44,309 nucleotides of DNA. Origin: Sphingomonas sp. GTDB lineage: Bacteria > Pseudomonadota > Alphaproteobacteria > Sphingomonadales > Sphingomonadaceae. Under the pieces are notes generated by a model. That model worked only from the letters and a program-made list of their open reading frames with translations. It was not told the origin of the DNA and ran no database searches. Below are positions 27,152-37,458 of the stretch, in pieces (position 1 is the first letter of the stretch; each line of letters opens with the position of its first letter). The stretch covers positions 1 through 44,309 of the forward strand of contig DASVUT010000055.1 of the NCBI GenBank assembly GCA_036386955.1, written 5' to 3'. Position numbers and translations under genes: made by a program.

Positions 27152-29392
27152 ATGGCAAGCCTCGGGGCCGCGGGCCCCACAAATCTGACCGTTCAACCCG
27201 ATCAGCGCCGTACCCTCGCCCCGATTCCGCCCGAGGGCGGTTACGGCAGCTACGGCGCGGCCACGGGCGGCGGGCGCGAGCTGTCGCTGGCGCTGTTGTG
27301 GCGCGTCGCAGTGGAATGGCGCTGGCTGATCCTGGCCGCGATCGGGGTTGGAATCGCGGCTGCGGTGCTCGCCACCCTACTGACGCCGCTTCAATACCGC
27401 TCCACGGCGTCGATCGAGCTCACGCCCCCCGATGTCGAGGTGCTGCAAGGCGAAGGCAACAAGGGCGGGCGGCAGATCGCGCGCAGCGACGCCAATTTCG
27501 TCGGCACGCAGTTGGGCCTGCTCGGCAGCCGCGCGCTGGCCGAACGCGTGGCGCAGAACCTCAATCTGGCCGGCGATCCGGCGATCGTCGGTCCGGGCAC
27601 CGATCGCGCCGCCAATACCGGCATCGCCACCGGCTTCGTTCAGGGCGGCACCCAGGTGCAGCTTCGACCGCAGAGCATGATCGTTCAGGTTTCCTTCGTG
27701 GCGCGCGACCCGCAGATCGCGGCTCGCGTCGTGAACGGGATCACCGACGCCTATGTCGCGACCAATCTTGAGCGTCGGTACCAAGCGTCATCCTATGCGC
27801 GCGAATTCCTCCAGCGCCAGATTACCAATACCCGCCGCGATCTAGAACGGTCGGAGCGCCAGTTGACCGCGTACGCACAGGCGCAGCGGCTGATCAGCAC
27901 GGGTGACAGTGCAGGGGGAACGGATACCAATTCGCTGACCGGCAGTTCGCTGGTGGCGCTCAATACTGCGCTTTCCGCCAGCCAGGCGCGGCGCATCGCC
28001 GCCGAGCAGAAATATCGCGAAGCCGCGACGGGTGGACCGACGACGGAGGCCAGCACCAATGCGGCGCCCTTGCGCGCGCAGATCGCCGCGTTGCAGGCGG
28101 AATATCAACAAAAGTCGCAAACGTTTCGCGCCGATTACCCCGACCAGGTCGCGCTCAAGGCGCGGATCGATGCTCTACGCGCCGCCGTCACCAGTGAGAC
28201 ACGGACCACCAATGCGGAGCGCGTCGGATCGCTGCGCCAAGAGTTCCAGGCGGCGCGCGCGGAGGAGGATCGCCTGCGCGCCCAGGTCGCCGGGCTCAGC
28301 AGTTCGGTGCTGGAGCAGCGCGGGCGGCTGATCCAGTATAATATCCTGCGACGTGAGGTCGATACCAACCGCGCACTCTACGACGCGCTGCTCCAGCGGT
28401 ACAAGGAGATCGGCGTCGCCGGCGGGATCGGCACCGCGATCGCATCGGTGATCGACCGCGGCATGCCGCCGGGCGGGGCCTTCACCCCCAATCTCTATCT
28501 CAACCTGATCATCGGGGCCGCGGCCGGGCTGTTGCTGGGAATGCTGGGGGCGATCGCGCTCGAGTTCATCAACGACACGATCAAGTCGCCCGACGATGTC
28601 CGCAACAAGCTGCAGCTCCCCTTCCTGGGCGGCATTCCGTCAGCCAAGACCGCCAAGCCGGTGGAGGAGTTGAAGGACAATCTGTCGCCGGTCGCCGAGG
28701 CCTATCTGTCGACCGCATCGGCGATGCAGTTCGTGACCGATGGCGGCGCGCCCAAGACCTTGCTGGTAACCAGTACGCGGCCGGCCGAGGGCAAATCGAC
28801 ATCGGCCTGGGCGCTGGCGCAAAGCTTCACGCGTCTGGGCAAGACCGCGCTGCTGATCGATGCCGACATGCGCCGCCCCGCCTTTGTCACGGGCCGCGAC
28901 AATGTCGGGCTGTCGCACATCCTGACCAACACCGGCTCGCTTAGCGAGCATGTGCTGCGCACCGATGTCGACGGGCTGTGGGTCATGCCGTCGGGCACTA
29001 TTCCGCCATCGCCGCCCGAACTGCTCGCCTCGGCGCGCTTTGCGTCGCTCATCGCCGATGCGGAGGCCACATTCGACGTGGTGGTGATCGACGGACCACC
29101 GATCCTAGGCCTGGCCGATTCCCCGCTCCTGTCCTCGGTCGCGCAGGCCACGCTGATGGTGATCGAGTCCGGGCGCACGCGCACCCGCGCCGCGGTGGAA
29201 GCGCAGAACCGGTTGCGCACCGCCGGCGCGCATATGGTCGGTGCGATTCTGACCCGCTATCAGCCGCAGGCGTCCTATGGCTATGGTTATGGCTATGGAT
29301 ACGGCTATGGCCAGAAAGACCAGTATCGCTACGTCGCCGACGACAATGCCAAGAAGCGCCGGATCATGCTGACCGTCCGTGATGAGGCGTAG
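27152..29392 (+). CDS. wzc: Polysaccharide co-polymerase/tyrosine kinase (Wzc/GumC family)
   Basis: Two TM helices flanking a coiled coil; Walker A PAEGKST, A' IDADMRRP, B VVIDGPP; C-terminal Tyr cluster YGYGYGYGYG. Confidence 0.93.
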   Translation: MASLGAAGPTNLTVQPDQRRTLAPIPPEGGYGSYGAATGGGRELSLALLWRVAVEWRWLILAAIGVGIAAAVLATLLTPLQYRSTASIELTPPDVEVLQGEGNKGGRQIARSDANFVGTQLGLLGSRALAERVAQNLNLAGDPAIVGPGTDRAANTGIATGFVQGGTQVQLRPQSMIVQVSFVARDPQIAARVVNGITDAYVATNLERRYQASSYAREFLQRQITNTRRDLERSERQLTAYAQAQRLISTGDSAGGTDTNSLTGSSLVALNTALSASQARRIAAEQKYREAATGGPTTEASTNAAPLRAQIAALQAEYQQKSQTFRADYPDQVALKARIDALRAAVTSETRTTNAERVGSLRQEFQAARAEEDRLRAQVAGLSSSVLEQRGRLIQYNILRREVDTNRALYDALLQRYKEIGVAGGIGTAIASVIDRGMPPGGAFTPNLYLNLIIGAAAGLLLGMLGAIALEFINDTIKSPDDVRNKLQLPFLGGIPSAKTAKPVEELKDNLSPVAEAYLSTASAMQFVTDGGAPKTLLVTSTRPAEGKSTSAWALAQSFTRLGKTALLIDADMRRPAFVTGRDNVGLSHILTNTGSLSEHVLRTDVDGLWVMPSGTIPPSPPELLASARFASLIADAEATFDVVVIDGPPILGLADSPLLSSVAQATLMVIESGRTRTRAAVEAQNRLRTAGAHMVGAILTRYQPQASYGYGYGYGYGYGQKDQYRYVADDNAKKRRIMLTVRDEA

Positions 29393-30623
29393 GACGAAGC
29401 GGGACGGCACGCGCGAAGGGCCGGGCCCGCGCGGTCTGTTCACCGCGGCGATCCTGGTCGTCCTGGGATTGCTGGTCGCCTGGTTGTGTCTGCGGTTCGC
29501 GCTGGTCCGCGCCCTGCCGCCAAGCGCGCCGGCGGTGTCGCGGGTCGTGCCGAACGATGCGGGCGTCACCCTGGCCAAGGCCACCGAGGCGCTGGTGCGG
29601 CAACGCGGGCTGCTCAGTCCTGCCGATCTGGACGCGGTGCGCCGTGCCGCCACCGCCGCGCCGCTCGACGCGCGCGCGTTCCTGATCCTGGGGCACCAGC
29701 AACTGCTCGATGCGCAGCCGCAGCGGGCTGTAAAGACGCTGGAGGCGGGGCAGCGGCTCGATCCACGGCAGCGGCTGATCCACCTGCTGCTGCTCGATCG
29801 GTATCTGCGGACCGCGCGCTATGCTGAATCCGCGACGCAGTTCGCGGTGCTCGCCCGGCTGATGGGCGGGACGCAAGCGCCGATCGCGGCCGCCATGGCG
29901 CAGATGGCTCTGGCGCCTGAGACCCGCGACGCCGTTCGGCGCACGCTGGCCACCGACGCCATGCTCGAACGCAGGGTGCTCGTCGCGCTCGCCCGGTCCG
30001 ACACCGATCCGGCTCCGATTTTTGCGCTGGCGAGTGCGCGCGCGCGCGCCGAGGCGGGCAACAAGGATAGCTGGGGCCCGGTGCTGGTATCGCGTCTGGT
30101 GGAGCGCGACCGCTACGCCGCCGCTCGCGCGGTGTGGCAGCGTGTCCACCGCCTGCCCGACGCGGCGGTCGCCACGCCGATCTTCGACGCGAGGCTGGCC
30201 AAATCCCCGGCATCGCCACCCTTCAACTGGACGCTGGCGAGCGGTAGCCTGGGCGCGGCCGACATCCGGGCAGGCGGGCTGGCGGTCGATTATTACGGAC
30301 GCGAGAGCGGCGATCTGGCGAGCCAGTTGCTCGTGCTGCGCCCCGGCCGCTACCGTTTCGCCGTCACGGTCGAGCCGGGCAAGACCGATGCGGCGTCCAA
30401 ACTGATCTGGACGATCGCCTGCGCCGGCAACGGCCAGACGGCGTTGATGAACATGCCCGTGATCGCTGCGGTCGCGAAACGGCGGATCGCGGCCGATTTC
30501 GCGGTACCGCCCGGCTGTTCGGCGCAAAGCCTGACCTTGCGCGGAGAGGCGGGCGAATTCCCTGTGCCGATCGTGGTCACGTTGCGGGATCCGACCATCC
30601 AGCCTGTGGGGCCAAGGCCATGA
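29382..30623 (+). CDS. Hypothetical membrane-anchored helical (TPR-like) protein of the EPS cluster
   Basis: Overlaps wzc and the next gene; N-terminal TM helix, helical middle and beta-rich C-terminal domain (PPFNW...LLVLRPGRYRF...FAVPPGC). Confidence 0.7.
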   Translation: MRRRTKRDGTREGPGPRGLFTAAILVVLGLLVAWLCLRFALVRALPPSAPAVSRVVPNDAGVTLAKATEALVRQRGLLSPADLDAVRRAATAAPLDARAFLILGHQQLLDAQPQRAVKTLEAGQRLDPRQRLIHLLLLDRYLRTARYAESATQFAVLARLMGGTQAPIAAAMAQMALAPETRDAVRRTLATDAMLERRVLVALARSDTDPAPIFALASARARAEAGNKDSWGPVLVSRLVERDRYAAARAVWQRVHRLPDAAVATPIFDARLAKSPASPPFNWTLASGSLGAADIRAGGLAVDYYGRESGDLASQLLVLRPGRYRFAVTVEPGKTDAASKLIWTIACAGNGQTALMNMPVIAAVAKRRIAADFAVPPGCSAQSLTLRGEAGEFPVPIVVTLRDPTIQPVGPRP

Positions 30624-31969
30624 CGCGCCACGCGATCGTTCCTGCCTATCTCCTGGTCTGTCTGGTGCTGGGCGGGGCGAGTGCGGCGGGGTTCATCGCC
30701 AATTTCCTGCTCCAGATCGCGGCGCTGCCGATCATCGGCTGGTCGCTGTGGCAGCTCTGGCAACCGGGTCCGGCTTTGTCGCGCTCCATCCGCGCCGCTC
30801 TTGCGCTGCTCGCGCTGCTGATCGCGGTCGCCTTGGTGCAACTGGTGCCGCTTCCACCTGGCCTATGGACGCTGCTGCCTGGGCGCGATTGGGTGGTCGA
30901 CGGATATCGGCTGCTCGGCATTCCCTTGCCTTGGCTGCCGCTGACGCTGGCACCCGAGGCGGCGCTGGCGAGCCTGTTGTGGCTGTTGCCGGCGATCGCG
31001 GTGTTCCTGGCCATCGTCGTGCTCGGCGCGTTTCGCGGGCGCGGGATCGCCGGCGTGCTGGTCGCGGTCACCTTCACCTCGGTTGCGGTCGGCGCGCTGC
31101 AGGTCATCGGCGGGGCAGGTGTCTATTTCTACCGCATCACCAATTACGGTGTCGCGGTCGGCTTCTTTGCCAACGCCAACCACAATGCGACATTGTTGCT
31201 GGTCTGCATCCCGTTCCTGGCCGCGTTGGGAGCAACGCTGCTCAAGCGCAACGCGTCGCCGCGCAGCGCGTCGGCGATCCGGTTGCTGGTGGGGGCCGGC
31301 TATGCGGTCATCGCGGTCGGGCTGCTGATCAATTCGTCGCTGGCGGGCATCGGGCTGGGCGTACCCGTCGCGATGGCGAGTTGGCTGGTCTTCGGGCGGC
31401 AGCGGCCCGCGATCCGGCGCGGGCTGGTGGTCGCCACGCTGATCCTATCGAGTGCGGCGGTGGGCTTCATCGCGCTCAGTTCGGGCAACAACCTGTTCGG
31501 GGAGCAGCGCGCCCATGTCGAATTGTCGCGCCAGACCTCGTTCAAGCTGACCTTACGTGCGGCGGGCGAGTATTTCCCGTTCGGGTCGGGGATCGGCAGC
31601 TTCCAGCCAGTGTACCGGACACAGGAACCGCTGGTGAGCGTGGGCACGACCTTCATGAACCACGCGCATAGCGATTGGCTGGAGTTGCTGCTCGAGACCG
31701 GGCTGGCGGGGCTAGCACTCGCCGCGGCGTTCCTGGTCTGGTGGGGGTTGCGCGCGCGCGCGATCTGGCGCGCGGAGGAGCATGATCCGTTCGCGCAGGC
31801 CGCGGTGATCGCCAGCGCCGCGATCCTGCTCCACAGCGTCGTCGACTATCCGCTGCGCACCGCGGCGCTATCGGCGGTGTTCGCGGCCTGCATCGCGCTG
31901 ATGTCGGGTGCACGGCCCTTTGTTCGCCGCAGCCGCACCCCGTCCGCGGCGCGGCACCTGAGCCTTTAG
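30620..31969 (+). CDS. O-antigen ligase/Wzy_C family membrane protein
   Basis: Many TM helices; FANANHNA, PFGSGIGSF, NHAHSDWLELLLETG, HSVVDYPLR. Confidence 0.88.
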   Translation: MTRHAIVPAYLLVCLVLGGASAAGFIANFLLQIAALPIIGWSLWQLWQPGPALSRSIRAALALLALLIAVALVQLVPLPPGLWTLLPGRDWVVDGYRLLGIPLPWLPLTLAPEAALASLLWLLPAIAVFLAIVVLGAFRGRGIAGVLVAVTFTSVAVGALQVIGGAGVYFYRITNYGVAVGFFANANHNATLLLVCIPFLAALGATLLKRNASPRSASAIRLLVGAGYAVIAVGLLINSSLAGIGLGVPVAMASWLVFGRQRPAIRRGLVVATLILSSAAVGFIALSSGNNLFGEQRAHVELSRQTSFKLTLRAAGEYFPFGSGIGSFQPVYRTQEPLVSVGTTFMNHAHSDWLELLLETGLAGLALAAAFLVWWGLRARAIWRAEEHDPFAQAAVIASAAILLHSVVDYPLRTAALSAVFAACIALMSGARPFVRRSRTPSAARHLSL

Positions 31970-33120
31970 CGCGTGGCGCGCGCGATGGCGTCGATGTAGC
32001 GCGCCTCGACCACCGCGGTATCGAACTCGGTTTCCGCAATCACCCGGCTGCTTGCGCCCATCGCGGCGAGCGCGGATGGACCCAGCGCCAGCATCGCAAG
32101 CATCGCGTCGGCCAGCGAGCGGGCATCGCGCGCCGCGCACAGGAAGGCGTTTTCGCCAGCGCGCGCGATCTCGGTACAGCCCGGTACATCGGTCGCGACC
32201 AGCGGCTTGCCCATCGCCGCCGCCTCGAGCAACGAGCGCGGCATGCCTTCGCGGTAAGAAGGCAGCACCACTGCCGATGCCGCCGCCAGATGGGGCCGCA
32301 CGTCCGTGGCCTCGCCCAGATACTCGACGATCCCCTCGCGGCCCCAGCCTTCCACCACGTCGCGGCCGATCGCGGTGCGGTTCTCCACGTCGAGAAAGCC
32401 GAGCAGCCGGAACCGGACATCGGGCCGGACGGCGTGCACCATTCGCGCGGCATCGGCGAACTCGAGTACGCCCTTGTCGCGCAACAGCCGCGCGACCATC
32501 AAAAAGGCGAAGGGCTCCCCCGCTGGTACATTCGCAGGCGTGAAATCGGCCAGGTCGATGCCCGAGCCCGGCAGCAGCGCGGTGCGGTTCGCCGGCACCA
32601 GCCGCTGTTCGACGAACAGGTCGCGGTCGTGCCGGTTCTGGAAGAATATCGTCGCCGACCGCGCCAGCGCGGTGCGGTACAGCCGCTGCACGATCCGCGT
32701 CAGGAGACCGACCTTGATGAACGCGGTGCCGAGCCCGGAGATGTTGTTGATCACGGGAATGCCCAGCGCGTGCGCGGCAAGCGAACCATAAACGTTCGGC
32801 TTGATCGTCCAACCCAGATAGGCGGTGGGCCGCAGCCGCCGCAGGATGCGCCAATAGGCGGCTAGAAGCTGCAGGTCGCGTGCCGGCGACACGCCCTTGT
32901 TGTCCATCGCGATCGGGACATGCTCCACCCCCATCGCGACGAGCGCGGGAACATGCGCATCGGGCGGCGATACCGCGACCACCCGGTACCCTTCCGCCTG
33001 AAGCCGGCGGATCAGGCCGGCGCGGAAATTGACGATGTTCCAGGACGTGTTGATCGACACCACGATGATACCGGCCTTGGGGGTGCCTGCCATGGGTGTC
33101 GACGGTTCCTTTGGCGGCAT
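31966..33120 (-). CDS. GT4 glycosyltransferase (CapM/PglA-like)
   Basis: NFRAGLI, TIKPNVYG, SGLGTAF, FFQN, PGSGID, ARLLRDKGVLEF, VLPSYREGMPRSLLEAAAMG. Start 33120 or 33093. Confidence 0.92.
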   Translation of the reverse strand: MPPKEPSTPMAGTPKAGIIVVSINTSWNIVNFRAGLIRRLQAEGYRVVAVSPPDAHVPALVAMGVEHVPIAMDNKGVSPARDLQLLAAYWRILRRLRPTAYLGWTIKPNVYGSLAAHALGIPVINNISGLGTAFIKVGLLTRIVQRLYRTALARSATIFFQNRHDRDLFVEQRLVPANRTALLPGSGIDLADFTPANVPAGEPFAFLMVARLLRDKGVLEFADAARMVHAVRPDVRFRLLGFLDVENRTAIGRDVVEGWGREGIVEYLGEATDVRPHLAAASAVVLPSYREGMPRSLLEAAAMGKPLVATDVPGCTEIARAGENAFLCAARDARSLADAMLAMLALGPSALAAMGASSRVIAETEFDTAVVEARYIDAIARATR

Positions 33121-33212
33121 GCCCCCGCCCTACCGGGTGGACCCGCGGGGTGCGAGCGGTATAACGGAACGCGCGGCGCGGTCGACCGCTCCTCGATGAT
33201 GCCGGAGCCTTG

Positions 33213-34268
33213 GTGACCGCTTATTGGATCTTGTTTATGACTTGGGCGGCGGGTGCGATCCAGTTCGCGCGGGCGCGCCACTCGTACAACCGGATATTCT
33301 ACGTCACCGCTGCGGTCATGACCGCGCTGATGATCGGGTTACGCTATTTCGTTGGGGGCGACTGGGGCTCCTATATCCAGATCTATCAGGATATCTTCTT
33401 CCAACCGCTGGGTCAGGCCTTGCGACGGACCGATCCCGGATATGGCTTTCTCAACTGGCTGTCGAGCCGCGGAAATTTGGGCATCTGGTTCGTCAATCTG
33501 GGATGCGCCATCTTGTTCATGGGCGGTCTTGCCCGGCTGGCCTGGCGACAGCCCAATCCCTGGCTCGCGATCTTGGTGGCGGTGCCGTATCTCATCATTG
33601 TCGTGGCGATGGGCTATACGCGTCAGGCCGCTGCGATCGGCATCATCTGCTGGGCGGTCGCCGATGCTTCACCCAAGCATATCGGGCGGCTGGTGATATT
33701 GGTCGGCTTTGCGGCCTTGTTCCACAAGACCGCGATCCTGTTCCTGCCGATCCTGCTGGTGCCGATCGTCACGCGCAGTCCCCTGATCGGCATTGCCGGC
33801 GCGATAGTCTTCGCCGTCCTGTTCAACCTGTTCCTGGGCGGCGAGTCCGATCGCCTCGTCACCAATTACGTCAACAGCAACTACGACTCGCAAGGGGCCG
33901 GCATCCGCATCGCCATGAACGTCGTCGCCGCAACCTTCATGCTGCTGTTCCGCAACCGCATGGGGCTCGACAACTTTACCAAGAGCTTCTGGATGATCTG
34001 TGCGGTGCTGGCGATCGCGTCGGTTGCTGGACTGGTTCTTTTCTCCGCATCGTCCGGCGTGGACCGGCTGGCGCTGTTCCTGATCCCGCTGCAGGTGGTC
34101 ACCTTCTCGCGCCTGCCCTATGCGCTGTCCAAGACCGAGCGCCCCCTCCCCTCGATCCTGCTCGGCGTGATCGGCTACAGCTTTGCGGTCCAATTCGTCT
34201 GGCTCAACTATGCCGACAATGCAGGCGGGTGGATCCCATATCGTACCACCATCACCGCCACCGAGTAG
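33213..34268 (+). CDS. EpsG-family polysaccharide polymerase-like membrane protein
   Basis: GLRYFVGGDWGSY, DPGYGFLNW, MGYTRQAAAI, FHKTAIL, DRLALF, WIPY; GGAG RBS before GTG 33213. Confidence 0.85.
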   Translation: MTAYWILFMTWAAGAIQFARARHSYNRIFYVTAAVMTALMIGLRYFVGGDWGSYIQIYQDIFFQPLGQALRRTDPGYGFLNWLSSRGNLGIWFVNLGCAILFMGGLARLAWRQPNPWLAILVAVPYLIIVVAMGYTRQAAAIGIICWAVADASPKHIGRLVILVGFAALFHKTAILFLPILLVPIVTRSPLIGIAGAIVFAVLFNLFLGGESDRLVTNYVNSNYDSQGAGIRIAMNVVAATFMLLFRNRMGLDNFTKSFWMICAVLAIASVAGLVLFSASSGVDRLALFLIPLQVVTFSRLPYALSKTERPLPSILLGVIGYSFAVQFVWLNYADNAGGWIPYRTTITATE

Positions 34269-34331
34269 ATGCCGCTACCTACCCCATGACTTAGGCCGTA
34301 CGGCACACCAGCACTCTCCGGGACCCCGATA

Positions 34332-35585
34332 TTGAGCAGGCAAATCGACGTTCTTTACCTGACGCATAACGGCGTGACCGATCATATCGGTCAGTCGCAG
34401 ATCGCGCCTTATTGCATGGCGCTGGCGGAGCGGGGCTACCGCGTGCACATCGTCAGCGCGGAAAAGCCCGGCCGCGACGCGCTGATCGAACGCTACCGCG
34501 CTGCCTTTGCCGCGCGCGGCATCGCCTGGTCGTTCGTGACCTACCACAATTCGCCGCCGCTCCTGGCCCAGTTCTACGACGTTGCCCGCATGCGCCGGCT
34601 GGCCTTCGCGGTCGCGCGCGCCGAGCGGCCGAAGCTCGTTCATTGCCGCAGCTACCTGCCCATCGGCATCGGCCGCGCGATCAAGCGCCGTTTCGGGGCC
34701 AAGCTGTTGATCGATTTCCGTCATTTCTGGGTGGAAGCGGGGTTGGAGGATTCGCCCTACCCCTTCGTCTACCGCGCCTTCAAACGCCGCGAGCCGCTCT
34801 ATTTCGCCGCGGCCGACCATGTCGTCACGCTGACCAAACGCGCCGCGCGCATCCTCCAGGGCTGGTATCCGAGCGCTGAAGGAGAGGCGCATTACACGGT
34901 AATTCCGTGCTGCGCCGACTTCACCCATTTCGACACGCGCCGGATCGCGGCCGGACGGACGGACGCGCTGCGCGCCAAGCTTGGCTTCGGAGCCGATGAT
35001 CCGATCCTCCTGTATCTGGGCAGTATCGGCCCCGATTACCTGGTCGAGGAGATGATGAAGCTATTCCGCGAGCTGCTGATCCTGCGGCCCGCGGCGCGGT
35101 TCCTGTTCGTGTCGAACAATGGGCAGGAGCGGGTTGAGGCGGTGCGCAAGACCTTCGGCATCGCCGCCGATGCGGTGCAGTTCGTGACCGCGCCGCGCGA
35201 CGACGTGCCCGCCTATCTGGCGCTCAGCGATCTATCGGTCTTCTTCTACCGCGCCGATCTGTCGCGCGCGGGCTGTTCGCCGACCAAGCTCGCCGAACTC
35301 ATGGCCGCCAATGTGCCGGTGATCGGCAATACCGGCGTGGGCGATCTCGACGAGATCCTGTCGTTCGAGCGCAACGGATCGGTGGTGGTCGAGGATTTCG
35401 AGCCGGCGACGTTGAGGGCGGCCTTGCAGACCGTGCTCGCGCTGCCGCCGCAGGACCGCGCGCGCATCCGCGATGCCAGCCGCGCCTATAGTCTGGAAGA
35501 CGGTGCGGCGCGGTACGAGAGCGTGTACCGCCGGCTGATCGGCCCGCCTGATCCCATCGCCAACGAGGTTCCATCATCATGCTGA
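34332..35585 (+). CDS. GT4 glycosyltransferase
   Basis: GQSQIAPY, VHCRSY, VIPCCAD, LYLGSIG, SPTKLAELMAANVPVIGNTGVGD. Confidence 0.88.
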   Translation: MSRQIDVLYLTHNGVTDHIGQSQIAPYCMALAERGYRVHIVSAEKPGRDALIERYRAAFAARGIAWSFVTYHNSPPLLAQFYDVARMRRLAFAVARAERPKLVHCRSYLPIGIGRAIKRRFGAKLLIDFRHFWVEAGLEDSPYPFVYRAFKRREPLYFAAADHVVTLTKRAARILQGWYPSAEGEAHYTVIPCCADFTHFDTRRIAAGRTDALRAKLGFGADDPILLYLGSIGPDYLVEEMMKLFRELLILRPAARFLFVSNNGQERVEAVRKTFGIAADAVQFVTAPRDDVPAYLALSDLSVFFYRADLSRAGCSPTKLAELMAANVPVIGNTGVGDLDEILSFERNGSVVVEDFEPATLRAALQTVLALPPQDRARIRDASRAYSLEDGAARYESVYRRLIGPPDPIANEVPSSC

Positions 35586-36790
35586 ACGTCACCGTTCTCA
35601 ACGGCGGGCGCGGGGCCGCGTCGATCATTCCGGCGATGCTGCGCCGCGAGGGGCTGAACGTCACATCGATCGTCAACGCGTATGACGATGGCAAGTCGAC
35701 CGGCGAGGTCCGGCGCTTCTTCGACATGCTGGGCCCGTCCGACATCCGCAAGGTGCAGGAGCTGATGCTGCCCGACGATGACAATCGCGGGTCCAGCAAG
35801 GCGTTGTTCGATTATCGCTATCCGGTGGGATGCGACCGCGACGCAGTGCTGGCCGACATGCGCGCTTTTGCCGACGGTGCCGAGACGATCGCCGGGATCG
35901 CGATCCCATCGCGCACCATCCGCACCGCGATCGGGCGGTTCGTGCGCGAGTTCGTCCATGGCTTGGCGGTGATCGAGCCGGTTCAGGGACGGCTGTTCGC
36001 GTTCGACGATTGCGCGCTGATGAACTGCCTGTATGGGGGCGCCTATCTGGCACTGGGCCGCGACATCGAGCTCACCACCCAGACGTTCGATCGCTTATTC
36101 CGGCTGAAGGGAACGGTGATTCCCAACAGCAAGGAGAATAAATGGCTGGCGGCGGTTCGCCGCAACGGCGAGGTGCTTTGCTGCGAGGCCGATATCGTCG
36201 AGCTACGCTCCAACGTGCTGATCGACTCCATATTCCTGCTCGACCGGCCGCTCGATCGGGCGCGGCTCGACCGGCTGGACGGCGACGAGCAGCGTTACTT
36301 CCTCGCCCGCCACCATGCCGCCGCGGCCGCATCGCCCGGGGTCCTGCTCGCGCTCAAACAGGCCGACATCATCATCTATTCGGCGGGCACGCAGCACAGC
36401 TCGCTCTACCCCACCTATATGTCGCAAGGCGTGGCCGAGACGATCGCGAGCAACCGCACCGCGCTCAAGGTCTTCGTCACCAATATCGGCGCAGATTACG
36501 AAACTCCCACCTATTGCGCGTCGGACTATCTCGCCGGCGCGCTACGCTATCTGCGGCTAGGCGATGCGCGCGCGCATGATCCGGTGGACCTGTTCTCCGC
36601 CGTGCTCGTCAACAACGGGCGCCGCAAGGCGGACGAAACCTATGTCCATTACGACGAGGAGCGCAACGACGAGATCGCGATCGCGCGCATCGTCGCCGAT
36701 TTCGAATCCGCCGACGCGCCCGGCAAGCATGACGGCGACAAGGTGATCAACCGCATCCTCGATCTGTACAACGAGACCATGGTGAGGTGA
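35579..36790 (+). CDS. CofD/YvcK (UPF0052) family transferase
   Basis: VTVLNGGRG, IVNAYDDGKSTG, GPSDIRK, ADIIIYSAGTQHSSLYP, KVFVTNI and a terminal HD match the YvcK/CofD pattern. Confidence 0.82.
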   Translation: MLNVTVLNGGRGAASIIPAMLRREGLNVTSIVNAYDDGKSTGEVRRFFDMLGPSDIRKVQELMLPDDDNRGSSKALFDYRYPVGCDRDAVLADMRAFADGAETIAGIAIPSRTIRTAIGRFVREFVHGLAVIEPVQGRLFAFDDCALMNCLYGGAYLALGRDIELTTQTFDRLFRLKGTVIPNSKENKWLAAVRRNGEVLCCEADIVELRSNVLIDSIFLLDRPLDRARLDRLDGDEQRYFLARHHAAAAASPGVLLALKQADIIIYSAGTQHSSLYPTYMSQGVAETIASNRTALKVFVTNIGADYETPTYCASDYLAGALRYLRLGDARAHDPVDLFSAVLVNNGRRKADETYVHYDEERNDEIAIARIVADFESADAPGKHDGDKVINRILDLYNETMVR

Positions 36791-37458
36791 TCGGACGTGC
36801 GACCATATCGCCACTGACCGATCTGCTGGCGCGCAAGCGGCTGCTGATATTCGATCTCGACGGAACATTGGTCAACAGCTCGCCGCTGCACGCGCGCGCC
36901 TTTGCCGACGTCTTCGCACCCCTGAGCGTAGTGGTCGATTACCAGCGGATCGCCGGGATGACCACGGGCGCTGCGGTCGACCAGCTCGCCGGCGAAGCGG
37001 GGATCGCGCTGACGCCGGAGATGCGAGCCGCGCTGGTCGCGGACAAGCAGGCGCGCGCGCGCCTGCTGATCGATGCCGAACTGGAGCCAATCGCTGGTGC
37101 CGCCGAATTCGTCCGACGTGCGCATGGCCGCTGGCGGCTGGCGCTGTGCACGTCGGCCAGCCGTGCCAATGCGGACGCGGCGCTGCGCCGGACGCGGCTG
37201 GACGGTTTCGATCCGATCGTCACCGCCGAGGATGTGACGCGCGGCAAGCCCGATGCCGAACCCTATCGGACGGTTCTGGCACGCACGGGCGTTGCCGCAT
37301 CGGACGCCCTGGTGTTCGAAGACGCGCCGAGTGGCCTCGCGTCCGCGGCCGCGGCGAGGATCGATGCGGTCGAGATAACGGGTGACCTTGCCTCCGATGC
37401 GGGCGGATGGCGCGCGAATTGGTCGATGCTGAACGATGCGCTAGGGCCGCTTGCATGA
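36787..37458 (+). CDS. HAD-superfamily phosphatase/phosphomutase (subfamily IA)
   Basis: FDLDGTL (motif I), CTS (II), KPDAEPY (III), FEDAPSG (IV); GTGA overlap with the upstream gene. Confidence 0.9.
   Translation: MIGRATISPLTDLLARKRLLIFDLDGTLVNSSPLHARAFADVFAPLSVVVDYQRIAGMTTGAAVDQLAGEAGIALTPEMRAALVADKQARARLLIDAELEPIAGAAEFVRRAHGRWRLALCTSASRANADAALRRTRLDGFDPIVTAEDVTRGKPDAEPYRTVLARTGVAASDALVFEDAPSGLASAAAARIDAVEITGDLASDAGGWRANWSMLNDALGPLA

Noticed and set aside
29276-29311. TATGGC-like hexamer tandem repeat as a contingency locus
   Set aside because: It encodes the normal Wzc YG tyrosine cluster, with varied codons.
35579-36790. F420 biosynthesis pathway
   Set aside because: No FO synthase (CofG/H, FbiC) or CofE in the window; motifs are closer to YvcK and the context is glycan synthesis.
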